A stretch of 64,000 nucleotides of DNA, from NCBI GenBank assembly GCA_013265495.1, contig MU058636.1:6669741-6733740 (forward strand), written 5' to 3'. Positions 12,517 through 25,130 of the stretch are shown piece after piece; positions within the stretch are counted from its first letter, which is position 1; each line of letters starts with the position of its first letter. The notes under the pieces are model-generated. The model saw nothing but the letters and a program-made list of their open reading frames with translations. It was not told the origin of the DNA and did no database searches. Source of the stretch: Vicugna vicugna (Eukaryota). A program made the position numbers and the translations under genes.

Positions 12517-14509
12517 TCTTAACCTTTTATGTCTTTTAAGCCTTTCTTGACATTGTTATTGATATACATAGCAAATACTTCTTTAGATTTACTGGTATAT
12601 TTACCCTTTTCCTAACTTTTATTTCTTCTGGCATTTCTAAGCTTACATCTGGGATTATTTACTTTCTGTTTGAAAATACATTTAGTGTTTTAAAAACATA
12701 TTTTCTTTGTTGAAAATTTACAGGTCACAGTCTCTCTTTGTGTGTCTGTGTATGTACATGTGCATGTGAAACTTTTATTTTCCCCTTCATTTTTGTAGAA
12801 TATATTTCTATATATAAAATAAAAGTTGGTAATTTTTTTCTTTCTTCACTTTGAAGATAAAATGACTTCTATTGTTGTTTTCTGACTTCTGTTGTTTCAG
12901 TTTTAAAACACTACGTTGCTACCTTTTGAAAATAAGATGTTTTCTTCCCTTGGCTACTTTCTAAGCTATTTCTTTGTTTACATATACATATTTAGCACCT
13001 TTTATTGATGTACACAAAAGTGATTTTCTTAATATTAGTGAACTGAATGACAGAAGTGATTCTTGAATCTGTAGCTTAGTTTCTTTAAATAGCTTTGAAC
13101 ATTTCTTTGCCTCACTGTGTTCGAATAGTGTTCTGCTCCTTTCTGTCACCTGTCCTTCTGGAGATCTGATTATCCATATGACAGATCTATTCGTTGTCTT
13201 TCACATCTTTTTTTCACCTCTGTTTTAATCCTTGTTTTACTGTGTGCATATGTCTGCATTTTGGGGGATACATTTTCCAGTTCACTAATTCTTTCTTCAG
13301 CTGTATGTAATCTGCTATCAGACTCATCACTGAGTTATAAAATACAGTTATTTTATTTTTCAGTTCTAAAAAGTACATTTTATACTCATAGTTTCCTATT
13401 AGCTGCTGAAATCCTAAATCTTGTTGTTTAATTCTTTGAACACATTAGTTATGACTAGTTTAAATTCTGAGTTTGATAACTCCATTGTCCAGTTATCTAG
13501 ATAATGGAGCGGAAACATTTGTTTCATTACCTAGTTACCTGTTTGTCTGTTATTTTCCTTGGCTTTTATTCCCATCTTACCTTTTAACATGACTGGCTAT
13601 TTTTGAGTGAGACATGAATAAAGTACATAAAAAGCATAAAAAGTTGTAGAACTGATTTGAGGTTTTGGATGCTGTTACCTTCCTCTAGAGATTACTTGTG
13701 GTTTAGGTTGGCACCCAGGCTTGAGACCCTAACAGTCTCAGATCGTCATAATCCAGTCAGAAGTTGAGATGATTTGAATGTACTTTATCTATGCAAGGGC
13801 TTGTCTATTTTTCTTTCTTTTTAAAATTGATATAAAATTCACATTATATATAATTCACCATAACCATTTTAAAGGATACAGTCAATGGCTTTTAGTGCAT
13901 TTACAGTGTTGTACATCATCCTAATCCTAGAATATTTCCATTACCCCAAAAGAAGCTCTTGTAACTCCCAACCCCCCATCTCTCCATCCATGGCAACCAC
14001 TAATCTACTATTTGTCCCTATTGATTTGCCTGTTTTAAATAGAATCATACAATATGTGGTGTTTTGTGACTGGCTTCTTTTACTTACCATGTTTGGGCTT
14101 CTTTTTTTTTTTTTTTTTTTTTTTTCTTATTTCACCTTACTCTGGGAAGTAGCTCTTCATGGTAGTGAGCAAGAGGTCCCTGTTTGTAAGGGTTCTTCCT
14201 TTGTAAGTCTCTGAACCATATGTAGTTTCTGTCTATTTCCAGGGGTATGTTAAAATTTATGTTCAGGTTCTCAGCCTTTCAGCTGTTGCTTTTACAGAGG
14301 CCCTTTGCCTTGAGAAGAAAAATAGCTCTAATACTGGGCTTATTTACTTCTCTGAGCTTTCATCCTCTCTAGGTCTGGCTTGGCAGTACCTTATTGTTTT
14401 GGTAGCTCCTGATGTCTTCAAATACTGTTTTTATACTTTGTCCATTTTTTTTTCTAATTCCCAGTGGGAGCACAGTGGGGCTGGGCTCTGTAAATTTTGC
14501 TGAACAGTT

Positions 14510-15620
14510 GAATTCATTTATTCAACCAATATTTATTGAATGGCAGACCTGTGCCAGGTGCTAGAGGTATAGCAGTGTACAACTCTCTCCTCTGATGGAG
14601 GTGACATTCTAGGGACAGCTGGTATGAAATAAACATGCACATAAAATACACAATGTGTCATAACTGTAACTTTCTATGGAGAAAATAATGTGGGAAAGAA
14701 GAATAGAGGGAGTTCTGGGATGTTAACTGTTTTAAGTAAAGTAGTTAAGGGAAGCCCTCTTTGATAAACTGACGTCTGTAGAGAGACCTGAAAGGAAAGG
14801 AGCATGAGGATATCAGGGGAAGACCGTGGCTGGCAGAGGGAACAGCAAATAGTCACAAATGTGTGGAGTGTGTCAAAACAATAGTATGCTTGGAACAGAA
14901 GTGAGTTTGGTAGGTTAGATCTGAGAGGTAGAGGACAGGGCAGTTTATGTAGAATGCTATATGAGTTTGGACTGTGTTGGAACTGAGTTGGGAAGCCAGT
15001 GGAGTGTTTTAAGCAGAGGAGAGATATAATCTGCTTAGCACTCATAATTGATCCTGTTAAAACCAGTGTTGAGAATAAATCCTAGGTGGTGTGAGTAGAT
15101 ACAGAGAAACCATTGAGGAGGTTCTTTCAGTAACACCGAGGAGAGATAGGTACTGTTTCAGATCCTGATGGTAGCAGTATTAAGTAGCAAGAATTGATCA
15201 GATTCTAGGTATATTTTGAAGGTCCATCTCCCTGGATTTGCTAGACATTTGGATGTGGGCATGTGAGAAGGAGAGGAGTCAAGGGTAACTCAAATTCGGC
15301 CTAACTGAAAGAATGGAGAGTTACCATTGACTGAGATTGGGAAGTTTGCTTGAGGATCTAGTAAGTGGGTGCAATGGGGAGAAGATTGGGAGATTGTTTT
15401 TGGCCCTGTTAAGTTTTAGATGTTTATCACTCATAGCAGAGGAGATGACAGGAAATCAGTTGGATATATGAGGCTGCAAATGGTCTGAGCTGAAGATACT
15501 TATTTGTGAGTCAGTAGTATCTGGTTGGTACTAAAAGCCATGAGATTAAATGAGGTCATGGTATGTACAGAGAAGTGACAAGTACTGGGACTAGGGGCAG
15601 TTCAAATTCTGTATGTCCTA
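14510..15620 (-). mobile_element. L2 3' fragment
   Basis: ATTCATTTATTCAACCAATATTTATTGAA...GTGCCAGGTGCT (reverse complement of the L2 3' end) followed by a purine-rich L2 body. Confidence 0.8.
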
Positions 15621-15793
15621 GGGATGAGGAGGGTTCAATAAATGAGAGTAGAGAAGTAGGCTAGTGGCTGAAGAATGAGATAGGGTCAATTTTTTTTTTT
15701 TAAAAGAAGGGGTAGATTTTAGTGTGTTTGCATGCTCATGGGAATGTCCCAGTAGAGGGGATGACCTGGACCCTGGTGATACAGGGACATAGA

Positions 15794-16205
15794 TGTTGGG
15801 AACAATTCACAGAAAATAAGTGAAATTCAAAGAGTTTATATTCCCTTCTTAGCAAAGGAAAGAGGGTTTGGACTCCAAGGGATGATACTTTGTGAGAACA
15901 TAGACTAGGAAGTATGTGGGAGAAATAATGGAAGATGAGGTTATTTTAGTAAAATTTGGTTTATGCAGACTTGTCTTAGGGCCAGCTCTCCATCTTCAGT
16001 GATAAGTGTTGCTCTTGTCATCCTAGCACAGGAGAGGTGGGATATTTCTGCCTCTTTCACAATGGTAGATTTATGTGCTGCTTTTAGGTAGATAAGGGGA
16101 AAGCAGAGAACTCTTCCTTTATCTGTTGATTCGTAATTGCCTTCAGCTTAAAATAACCTTTGTGCTATAGTGCCATTTTTGGGTGGCATATCCTGATTCC
16201 CTTCA
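15794..16205 (-). mobile_element. ERV1 solo LTR (MER34-like)
   Basis: Minus strand begins TGAAGGGAATCAGGATATGCCACCCAAAAATGGCAC...GGTTATTTTAAGCTGAAGGCAATT; TG...CA termini. Confidence 0.7.
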
Positions 16206-16760
16206 ATATGAGTAAGTAATTGACTACTACATGCTGAAACTACATGGATTATTGCTGTTACTTGCTGTGACTTAATTTTCAAACAGTAAAAACAACTCTT
16301 TGCATTATATGTAAACATATATATTACCTTAGTATGTAAATATGACATAAAATGCAATCTTTATTTCAAGTAAAAATTGTTTTGATATTGACTTCTATAG
16401 ATCTAGGAAAACTGAAGTAATTACTCGTAGTTGGAAATCCCTATATGAACGAGATACTGCTCTTAATACTCCCAAGGATTTCTAAGAAATGTTTATGGAA
16501 GCTTGAGTTTAGATGTGTATCTTCACTTTAAGGATTATTCATTTTAGGCTAGATGATGTTTTACTTAGGCTTAATCCTACACAATTATGGTATTGCATTT
16601 ATAAAGGGAATTTTAATTTTTATACCTATGTATGAAATGTGAGTTTGTGTTTTCTAAAAAGCAAAACCAACACTTTTCCTTGTGATACTCTTTACTATCT
16701 CTAAAAATTTTTGGTAATTTTTTAAACGATTTTACAATTATATATATTTAGAGATTATGC

Positions 16761-16982
16761 TTTTATTTATTTATTTATTTTTTAGTTGAAGTATAGTCAG
16801 TTTACAATGTGTCGATTTCTGGTGTATAGCATAATGTTTCAGTCATATATACATACAGATAGTCTTTTTCATTACAGATTGCTACAAGATATTGAATATA
16901 GTTCCCTGTGCTATACAGCATAAACTTGTTTCTCTATTTTGTATATAATAGTTGGTATTTGCAAATCTCGAGCTCCCAATTC
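16761..16982 (-). mobile_element. Short L1 3'-end fragment with (TAAA)n tail
   Basis: (TTTA)n, then GTTGAAGTATAGTCAGTTTACAATG...GTTCCCTGTGCTATACAG, homologous to other L1 3'UTRs in the window. Confidence 0.8.
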
Positions 16983-19339
16983 GTTTGATGCAATTATATT
17001 TTTTAAATAATATTAATCACTTGTCATTTAGTTCTGTTTATCTACGCATGGTGCTAATGAAGTTAAAGTCATGAGTATTACTCCCGTGTAAACCAGTAAG
17101 TTTTCCTCCTTATTTTTTGCTGGCTGCTCATCTCATACTGGAGAAATAAGGGAATTTAACATTTATTAAGTACCTAGTCTAAGCCGGTCACTGTTGGGCA
17201 CTTACATACAATAGTTTCTTTAATCATCCAACATCCCTGTGAGATAGGCGGTATTATACTGAGAAGCTAACTTGCTAAGCCAGAAATTTAGTAAGTGGCA
17301 CAGTCAACATTTGATTCCAAGTTAGCCCAACTCCACAGATTTGTGTTTGATCAGTTGTGGATCAGTAAAAACCACTTTTACACAGCATTTAAAAACAAAA
17401 CTGGTTATTTAGCCTTATGTAGTGAATTGTTCCTTTTCTTCTTGGTTATGTCATCCTTAGTCAGTATCTCCTTGGACTCTATCACTCTCCTTTAATTAGC
17501 TTTTACTTCATATTCTGGTTAGGAATTTGATCAATTTCCATGTTATGGGAAGAAGAGAAATATAAGGAGGGGACCGCTTTAGGGTATTATGGAGTGGAAG
17601 TAGAAGTAGGAAGTTGAATGGCATTAGGTTTGCTCTGGATTCTGTACCTAAGGGATAATTTATTTTCTTAGACAAATTGGCAGGAATTCTTTGATCAAAC
17701 AGGCCAAAGGGCTATTAAGTTGAGAACTTTAAAAATGTTAATATTACTTAAAACCCACTGTTAAATATACTGATATCTTGAAAACTATATCAAATACTTG
17801 TTTAATAGATATAGAATAGTTTCACATGTTGCAGTGCATACTGCATAGGTGCTGCTCATGGACTGGTCAGTAAGACATAAATGGTCCTATCTTCAGGGAG
17901 TTGATAGTCTAGTGTTTACATATAACCCTTGATACTAAGAGTTATTACGGTCCCCCCGACTTCTTTTTTTCCTCTACTTGTAAAAATAAATGATTCTCTG
18001 TTTAGAAAATTTATAGAATCAAAAAATATGTAAAATACGTAAAGATAAAAAGGAAAGCTTTTACAAGCCTACAACTCAGAAATACACTTTTAGAAACACT
18101 TTAATTTAGTTGCTTTTCTCTCTATGTAAATTTATTAGCACAGATGGAACATATATCTCATGAGAAGAAAAGTTTACTTGCTATGTCTCATTTTTCATTT
18201 TTGATTTTCAGAGTTTCCTCTTTATCTGAGGGTTGTGTACATTATTTTTTCTCCTATGAATCATGTTATGAATTTATTTACCAAATCTATGTACTGTTTT
18301 TATTTTTTAACTCATGAAATTCTGCCTTAACATTAACACATCATAATTTACTCAGATTTGCTTTTTAAAAACTTTTCCCAACCTTTTGAGTTAAATGCTT
18401 GATTCATTTATTTTTAATTTTTTGTTGCTTCCTAATGAGAGCCTTTTGAAGTAGAAATGCCATCTCATTGGGAGATAAACAACCTTTTGGGAAGTCACAT
18501 TCCTATCCTGGTTATTGCCAAAAAATTTCTTTTTATCTCATTGCAGCTTCTGTGAATTGTAGAAATCAAAGGGTAATGTTTTATTGTTCTAGTCACATAT
18601 TTTAAGCCTTAATAACATTATTAAAATTAAAAATAATTATAATTGGAAAATTATTTTAGAATTTAAATTCTGCATTTCAAAAGTTTCCACATATGTAAAA
18701 CCCATATTATAAAAGATCTTCTGTGTGCTCTGTAAGAGAACTTACATGATAACCTTACTTAACAAGCAATATGTATAACAGTGATTTATGTGTGCAGATT
18801 TTGTCTTTTCGCAAAATGGTGCATACACTTTGGTCTGAATTTTGAGATTAAGATAAAAGATTGGGATGTAGATGTTTGTTAGTTTTTCTTCTTATATAAT
18901 CTCTTGCTATCTTTTATTCATCCATTTAAAAATCATTATTCATTACATTTAAATTGAGGCGAATAACTAGAATAAAGTTATATTTTTATATTAAAGCAGT
19001 TAACCTCTTAAAACCCTCAGATATTCAATTATTATTTACCATTAGCATTTAAAAAGTTAGAAATAAAATGCATTACACTCATATAATTTTTGTGAGTTAG
19101 ATTTTGATGTGGCTGATTGCATACATTTACTTTGTAAACAGAGATTGCCATATGTGATTACGTGTACGTATTTACACACACTGAAATATATAATGAAGAT
19201 TCTCTGTAAAGGCATTTAAAAAAATTTCTGGTGAAAAATGGAGTTTATTGCTTTGTGTTAGAATCTAAATATTAATATATCTAATTGCTTCATCAGCTGC
19301 TTGGATTTCTTGTACCTCTTGCATGAAAGTTACCTTATG

Positions 19340-19920
19340 TGCCAAGCACTAGGATGTGTAATAGAGAAAGGCTAGGACTGTGTCCTCTACTAGCGTTTTT
19401 TTTTTTTTAATGAGATATGGATAATATATACATAATCAAGTGCACGTTGTAATTAATTCTATGAATGAAATAGTGTATTTTATTATGGAATAATGGAGAC
19501 ATACTTTAGGTACAGTAGCCAGTGAATCCCTCTTTGAGGAGATGACAACTCAAACTGAGACCTGAAATACAAGAAAGAACTGGTCATGCAAAGAGCCAGT
19601 AAAAGAGCACTGCAGTTAGAGGGAATAACAAGCAAAACGCCAGGGAGTTGGAGGAAACAAGGTCTATTGAGGAACTGATCAGAATCTGAGTGATTGAAGC
19701 CTATAATGAACAAAGGGGAGAGCAACGTGAGATGAAAGTAGTGAGGTAGACATGGGGATTTGTTCAGGTTTTGCAGACTGTGGGACAGAGCTTATATTAT
19801 GGTACAGGAGCAGTGGGAAGCTGTTGAAAGGCTGTAACCTAGAGGAGTGACATTTATGTTTTAACAAGATCTTCAGACTGTAGTAGAAAGGGACAGGGGC
19901 AAAGGAAGTGGAGATCTGGT
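19340..19920 (-). mobile_element. L2 fragment
   Basis: ATGTGCCAAGCACTAGG and a purine-rich body similar to 14510-15620. Confidence 0.6.
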
Positions 19921-22900
19921 GGTATAGTGCTTTGTTCACAGTAGCTACACAGCAGTTTATTAAATAAAGTGATGAAACTACAATTAAACAGGAGAGTCTT
20001 GTTTCTAGTTGTTTCTAGTAGGGTTGTTTCCATTTTGTAGACTATTAGTAAAATGTGTGATCTTATGTTTTCATTTCCTTTGGGTAAATATCTAATAGTA
20101 GAATTGCTGGGACGTATGGGTAAATGTATGATTAACATAATAAGAAACTTGCCAAATTGTTTTCCAAAGTGGCTATGTCATTTTGTATTCACACAAGAAA
20201 TGTGTAGGAGTTCCAACTGTTTCATATCCTCTTCAATACTTAGTATTGTCAGTCTTTTTGACTTGAATCTAGTGGGTTTATAGTGGTTACTTACTATGGC
20301 TTTAATTTGCGTTTTCATAAATGACAAATCATGTTGAGCATCTTTTCATATGTTTATAGAATATTTTTATAAGCTATGTTTAGATCTTTTGCTTATTTAA
20401 AAAATGGATTGGTTTTCTTTTTATTGTCAAGATGTGAGAGCTCTTTATACATTCTGGATACAAGTCCTTTATCAGATACATGATTTCCAAATACTTCTTC
20501 TCAGGCTGTGGTTTGCTTCTTTGTTCTCAAAATAGTATATTAATTTTGCAGAAATCCAAATTACCAGTGTTTTCTTATGTAGTTTGTCCTTTTGTTTCCT
20601 GTTTAAAAATACCTGCCTAGTCTAAAGTCAGAAAGATACTAGGTGTTTTATAGATTCAATTCTTACATTTGTGAATGGTGTAAAGTAAGAGTCAAGGTTC
20701 ATTTCTTGGCATATGGATGTCCAGTTGTTCCTCACTATTTGTAAATACTGATCTTCCTCCATTATTTATCTTGATATCTTTATCTGTAATCAACTGGTCA
20801 TTGACTGAATTGTTTTTTGATTTGTGTGGGTCTATTTCTGGACTTCCTGTTATGTTCTATCAATGCAAATGTTTATTCTTCCAGCAATACCACATTGTCT
20901 TGGTTTAGGTGGATTTGTAGTTTAGTCATGAAATTTAGTAGTTTAGGGCCTCTCAAGTTTGTTCTTCTGTTTTGGATTTGTTTTGGCTCATATGGGCCCC
21001 TTTAATTTTATTGTCTCAAATCAGCTTGTGAATGTTTAACGAAAAGACAGACACAATTTTGATTTGGATTATGTAAAAATTTGGGTAGAATTAATATGCA
21101 GTACATTTCTACATCTGTTTAGGTTTTAGTTTTCTTTTCTCTTTTTTGATAAAAATCTTGGCAATGTTTTGTAGTTTAAGTATACTGACCTTATAAAAGA
21201 ATATTTAGATATATGTCTTAAGTATTCCATGTTTTATGCTATTTTAAATGATATTCTTTCTTGGTGTTAATTTATTATACAAATAAAGATTTTTGTATAT
21301 TGATCTTAAATCCTGAGACTTTAATAAAAATCTTTATTAATTTTAGAAGTTTTTAGTAGACTCCCTAAAATTTTCTATGTAGATGATTATGAGGTTTGTA
21401 AATAAAGATAGTTATACTTTTTCCTTTCCAATCTATAGGCCTTTTATTTATTTATTTTTCTTGGCATTTGCGTTGCTTTCGGCATTGAGTATAATGCTGA
21501 ATTAGAAGTGGTTGGAGAGGACATCCTTACCTTATTCCTAAAAAGCATGCAGTCCATTCACCGTTAAGTATGATGTTAGCTGTAGGTTTTTCACAGATGC
21601 CTTTTACCTGTTTGAGGTAAAGTTACTTTATACTCCTAGTTTACTGAAAAGTTTTTATAATAAATAGATTTTAATTTTGTCAAATGATTTTTCTGTGTCT
21701 TTGAAGATCATAATATGGCTTTTGTTTTTTAGTCTGTTAACATGGTGAATTATAGTGTTTTGTTTTTTGATTGGTAAGCTAAACCTGCATTCCTGGGAAA
21801 AAATGTACTTGGTTATGATTTTTTAAAACATGTTGCTGGATTGGATTTGCTATGTATTTTGTTAAGGTTTTTATGTCTATGTTCAAAAAGGTTATTTGGT
21901 TGTAGGTTTTTTTTTCTTGACATATTTTTCTAGTTTTATTATCATGGTGTTATTGGCGCTTTATAAAGTGAGTTTGGAATTGCTCTCTTTAAAATTTTGG
22001 GAAAAGATAGTATAGAATTGGTAGTATTTCTTTCTTAGATAATTGATGGAATTCACATCCTGTGAAATCATCTAGATCTAGGGTTTTGTTTGTGGGAAGA
22101 TTTGTAACTACAAATTTAATTTTTATAGTAGACATGAGTCTATTTTGGTGGCCTGTTTCTTCTTAAGTAAGCTTTGGTAAATACTTTTATTTAAGTTTTC
22201 AAATTTAAAGACCTAAAGTTGCTTAGTAGAGTCACCTATTATCCCTTTAGTATATGTAGGATCTTTAGTAATAACTCATTTTTTGTGTGTTAACGCTAAT
22301 TTGTATTACTTTCTAGCCTTTCCCAAGATTCTCCCTTGACCCTCCTCAGCTTTCATTCATTTGTTTAAGTAAATTGGAGAACCAGCATTTTGTTTCATCA
22401 CTATTTTTGCTGTTTTTTATATCTTTGATTTTTCTAGCTTTAATTATATTTTTTTCTTTGTCTTACTTTGGATATGATTTGCTCTTTTTTTCCTAGTTTC
22501 TTAATGTGGAAATTGATGTGATTGATTTGAAATCTTTTTTCCTTGGTAATATAAACATTTAATGCTATTACTTTCCCTGAGGCATTGTTTTATCTATATC
22601 TCCCAGATTTTGATATGATCTGTTTTCCTATTTATTTAGATAAAAAAAAATTTCTTGATGACTCCTTCTTGACCCACAGTTTACTTAGAATGACTTTCCA
22701 GATACTTTAGGTTTTTTTTTTTAATAATGTATATTTATACAGATTTTTATTTTAATTCTGCTGTGTCCAGAATTTTCAACTTTATTGAGAATTCATTTAC
22801 AGCCCAGGGTATTCTCATCCTGATGAATACTTGATGCTCATTTGAAATGGGTATGTTTTCTGCTGTTATTAGTTAAAGTGTTTTATATGCCTCTATAACA

Positions 22901-22941
22901 ATTAGATTAAGGTGATTGATAATGTTTTTTAGTCATCTTTT

Positions 22942-23164
22942 TAGTCATCCCTTGTTATCTGTGGAGGGTTGGTTCCAAGACCCACTGTGGATACCAAAAT
23001 TTGAAGTTGCTCAAATCATATATTTGGCTCTCAGTATCCACTGTTCCTGCATTCATGGATTCAACCAACCAAGAGGATCTTATAGTACTGTAGTATTTAT
23101 TGAAAACAATTCATGTATAAGTGAATTTTCACAGTTCAAACCTGTGTTGGTCGATGGTCAACTA
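22942..23164. mobile_element. MER8/Tigger2-like MITE
   Basis: AGTCATCCCTTGTTATCTGTGGAGGGTTGGTTCCAAGACCC...ATACCAAAAT and the terminus CAGTTCAAACCTGTGTTG...GGTCAACTA. Confidence 0.75.
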
Positions 23165-23499
23165 TATATCCTTACTGAATTTTTTTTTTGGGTCTGCTTA
23201 ATCTACTTGTTACTGAGATGGGAGTGCTGAAATTTCCAAATAAAATTAGATTTGTCTGTTCCTCTTTTCATTTGTTCAAGATTTTGTTTCCTGCTTTTTG
23301 AAGCTCTGTTACTAGATGCATTCATATTTAGGATTGCTGTGTCATTTTGATGAATCAGCTCCTTTCTCCTTATGGAAAGTTTCTGGTTATTATTCTTTTC
23401 TGAAGTCTACATTTTCTTATACTAATATAGCCACACCGTTTACTTTTCAGTTGTATATGCATAGTGTATCTTTGCCCTGTCTGTTTCTTTATACTTTAA

Positions 23500-23702
23500 T
23501 TCTGAGGTTGACAAACTATTGTCCATATGCTAGCTACTTGATTTGCTAGATAAAATTTTACTGGAACCCACTTACACCTTGTCATTTACATGTTGTGTAT
23601 GGCTATTTTGAGATGCAAAGTTCAGTAGTTATGATAGAGACCACAGAGTATGGGAGTTTAAAATATTATCTGTTCCTTTAAGAAAAAGCTTGCTGACCTC
23701 TA
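23500..23702. mobile_element. MER58-like hAT MITE
   Basis: GGTTGACAAACT...ATAAAATTTTACTGGAAC...AAAGCTTGCTGACCTC. Confidence 0.65.
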
Positions 23703-23989
23703 TAATTTTTTTGCTATGTAGAATATAGTTGGATCTTGCTATATTTTATGTTTGTACCTTTTAAGTGGTGGTTTTAGATTATTTATATTTAATGTAATTA
23801 TTATTAATTATTAATATGACATTTCAGTCTGCTATTTTTGCTATTTATTTTCTATTTATCACATCTCTTTTTCTGTTTGTTTCTCTTTTTTTCTTTTTCA
23901 TGTTTGGTTTTGGATTAAATGAATACTTAGTATGAATTCTATTTTGTATCCACTATTGATTTATTAACCATACCTCTTTGTTTCTTTAA

Positions 23990-25130
23990 AATTTTTTTAA
24001 ATTAAGAATTTAAAATTTTAAAGCTATTTTAGGTTCACAGCAAAAAAGGGAAATGTACAGATTTCCCAAATGCTCTCTGCTCTCACACATGCTTAGCCTT
24101 CCCCCACCAGAGTGGTACATTTGTTACAGTTGATGAACTTGCATGGATACATCATAATCACCTGAAGTCCATAGTTTATATATTGTTCACTCTTGGTGTT
24201 ATACATTCTGTGGATTTGACAAATGAATAATGACATGTGTCCACCATTGTAGTAGCATACAGAGTATTTTCACTGCCCTTAAAATCCTCTATGCTCCTCC
24301 TGTTTGTCTTTCCCCATACCAACCACTGGCAACCACTGATCTTTTTATTGTCTTTATAGTTTTACCTTTAACAGAACAACATGTAGTTGGAATCATGCAG
24401 TATGTAGCATTTCTTACATTGGCTTTTTTACTTACTAATATGCAAGTAAATTCCCTTCATGTCTTTTCATGACTTGCTTGTATTATTTGTTTTCTGTGGG
24501 GGAGGTAATTAGGTTTCTTCATTGATTTCCACTTGGAGAAGGTACTGGGAATTGAACCTAGGATCTCTTGGGTGCTGAGCATGCGCTCTACACTTGAATT
24601 ATATACCATTCCCCCCTTTTCATGACTTGGTAGTGTATTTCTTTTTAGCGCTGAATGATATTCCTTTGTTTGGAATGTACCACAACTTACCCATTTACCT
24701 AATGAAGGATATCTTAGTTGCTTTCCAGGTTTGGCAGTTATAAATAAAGTTGCTGTAAACATCTGTGTGCTGAGTTTTGTGAGGACCTAAGTTTTCTGCT
24801 CCTTTGAATAAAAACTAAGGAGCATAGTTGCTGTATTGTGTGGTGAGAGTATATTTAATTTTGTAGGAAGCCATCGAATTGTCTTCCAAAGTGGCTGTAC
24901 CATTTTGCATTCCCACCAGCAAAGAATGAGCATTTCTGTTGCTCCTTAGCCTCACCAGCATTTGATGTTATCAGCTTTCTGAATTTTGGCCATTCTAGTA
25001 GGTGTGTAATGGTATCTTACTGTTGTTTTACTTTACTGGTGACATAGGATGTGGAGCATCTTATATGTTTATTTACAATGTGTTTATCTTCTTCAGTAAA
25101 GTGTCAGTTAAGGTCTTTCGTATTTGTTTC
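23990..25130 (-). mobile_element. L1MA-like 3' fragment nested in the older L1
   Basis: TTTAGGTTCACAGCAAAA, CACCAGAGTGGTACATTTGTTACA and CCAAAGTGGCTGTACCATTTTGCATTCCCACCAGC motifs. Confidence 0.75.
24477..24615 (-). mobile_element. tRNA-derived SINE (Vic-1-like, camelid)
   Basis: Minus strand GGGGGAATGGTATATAATTCAAGTGTAGAGCGCATGCTCAGCA...CCTAGGTTCAATTCCCAGTACC...AACCTAATTACCTCCCCC; perfect 14-bp TSD CTTTTCATGACTTG (24463-24476 and 24616-24629). Confidence 0.9.
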
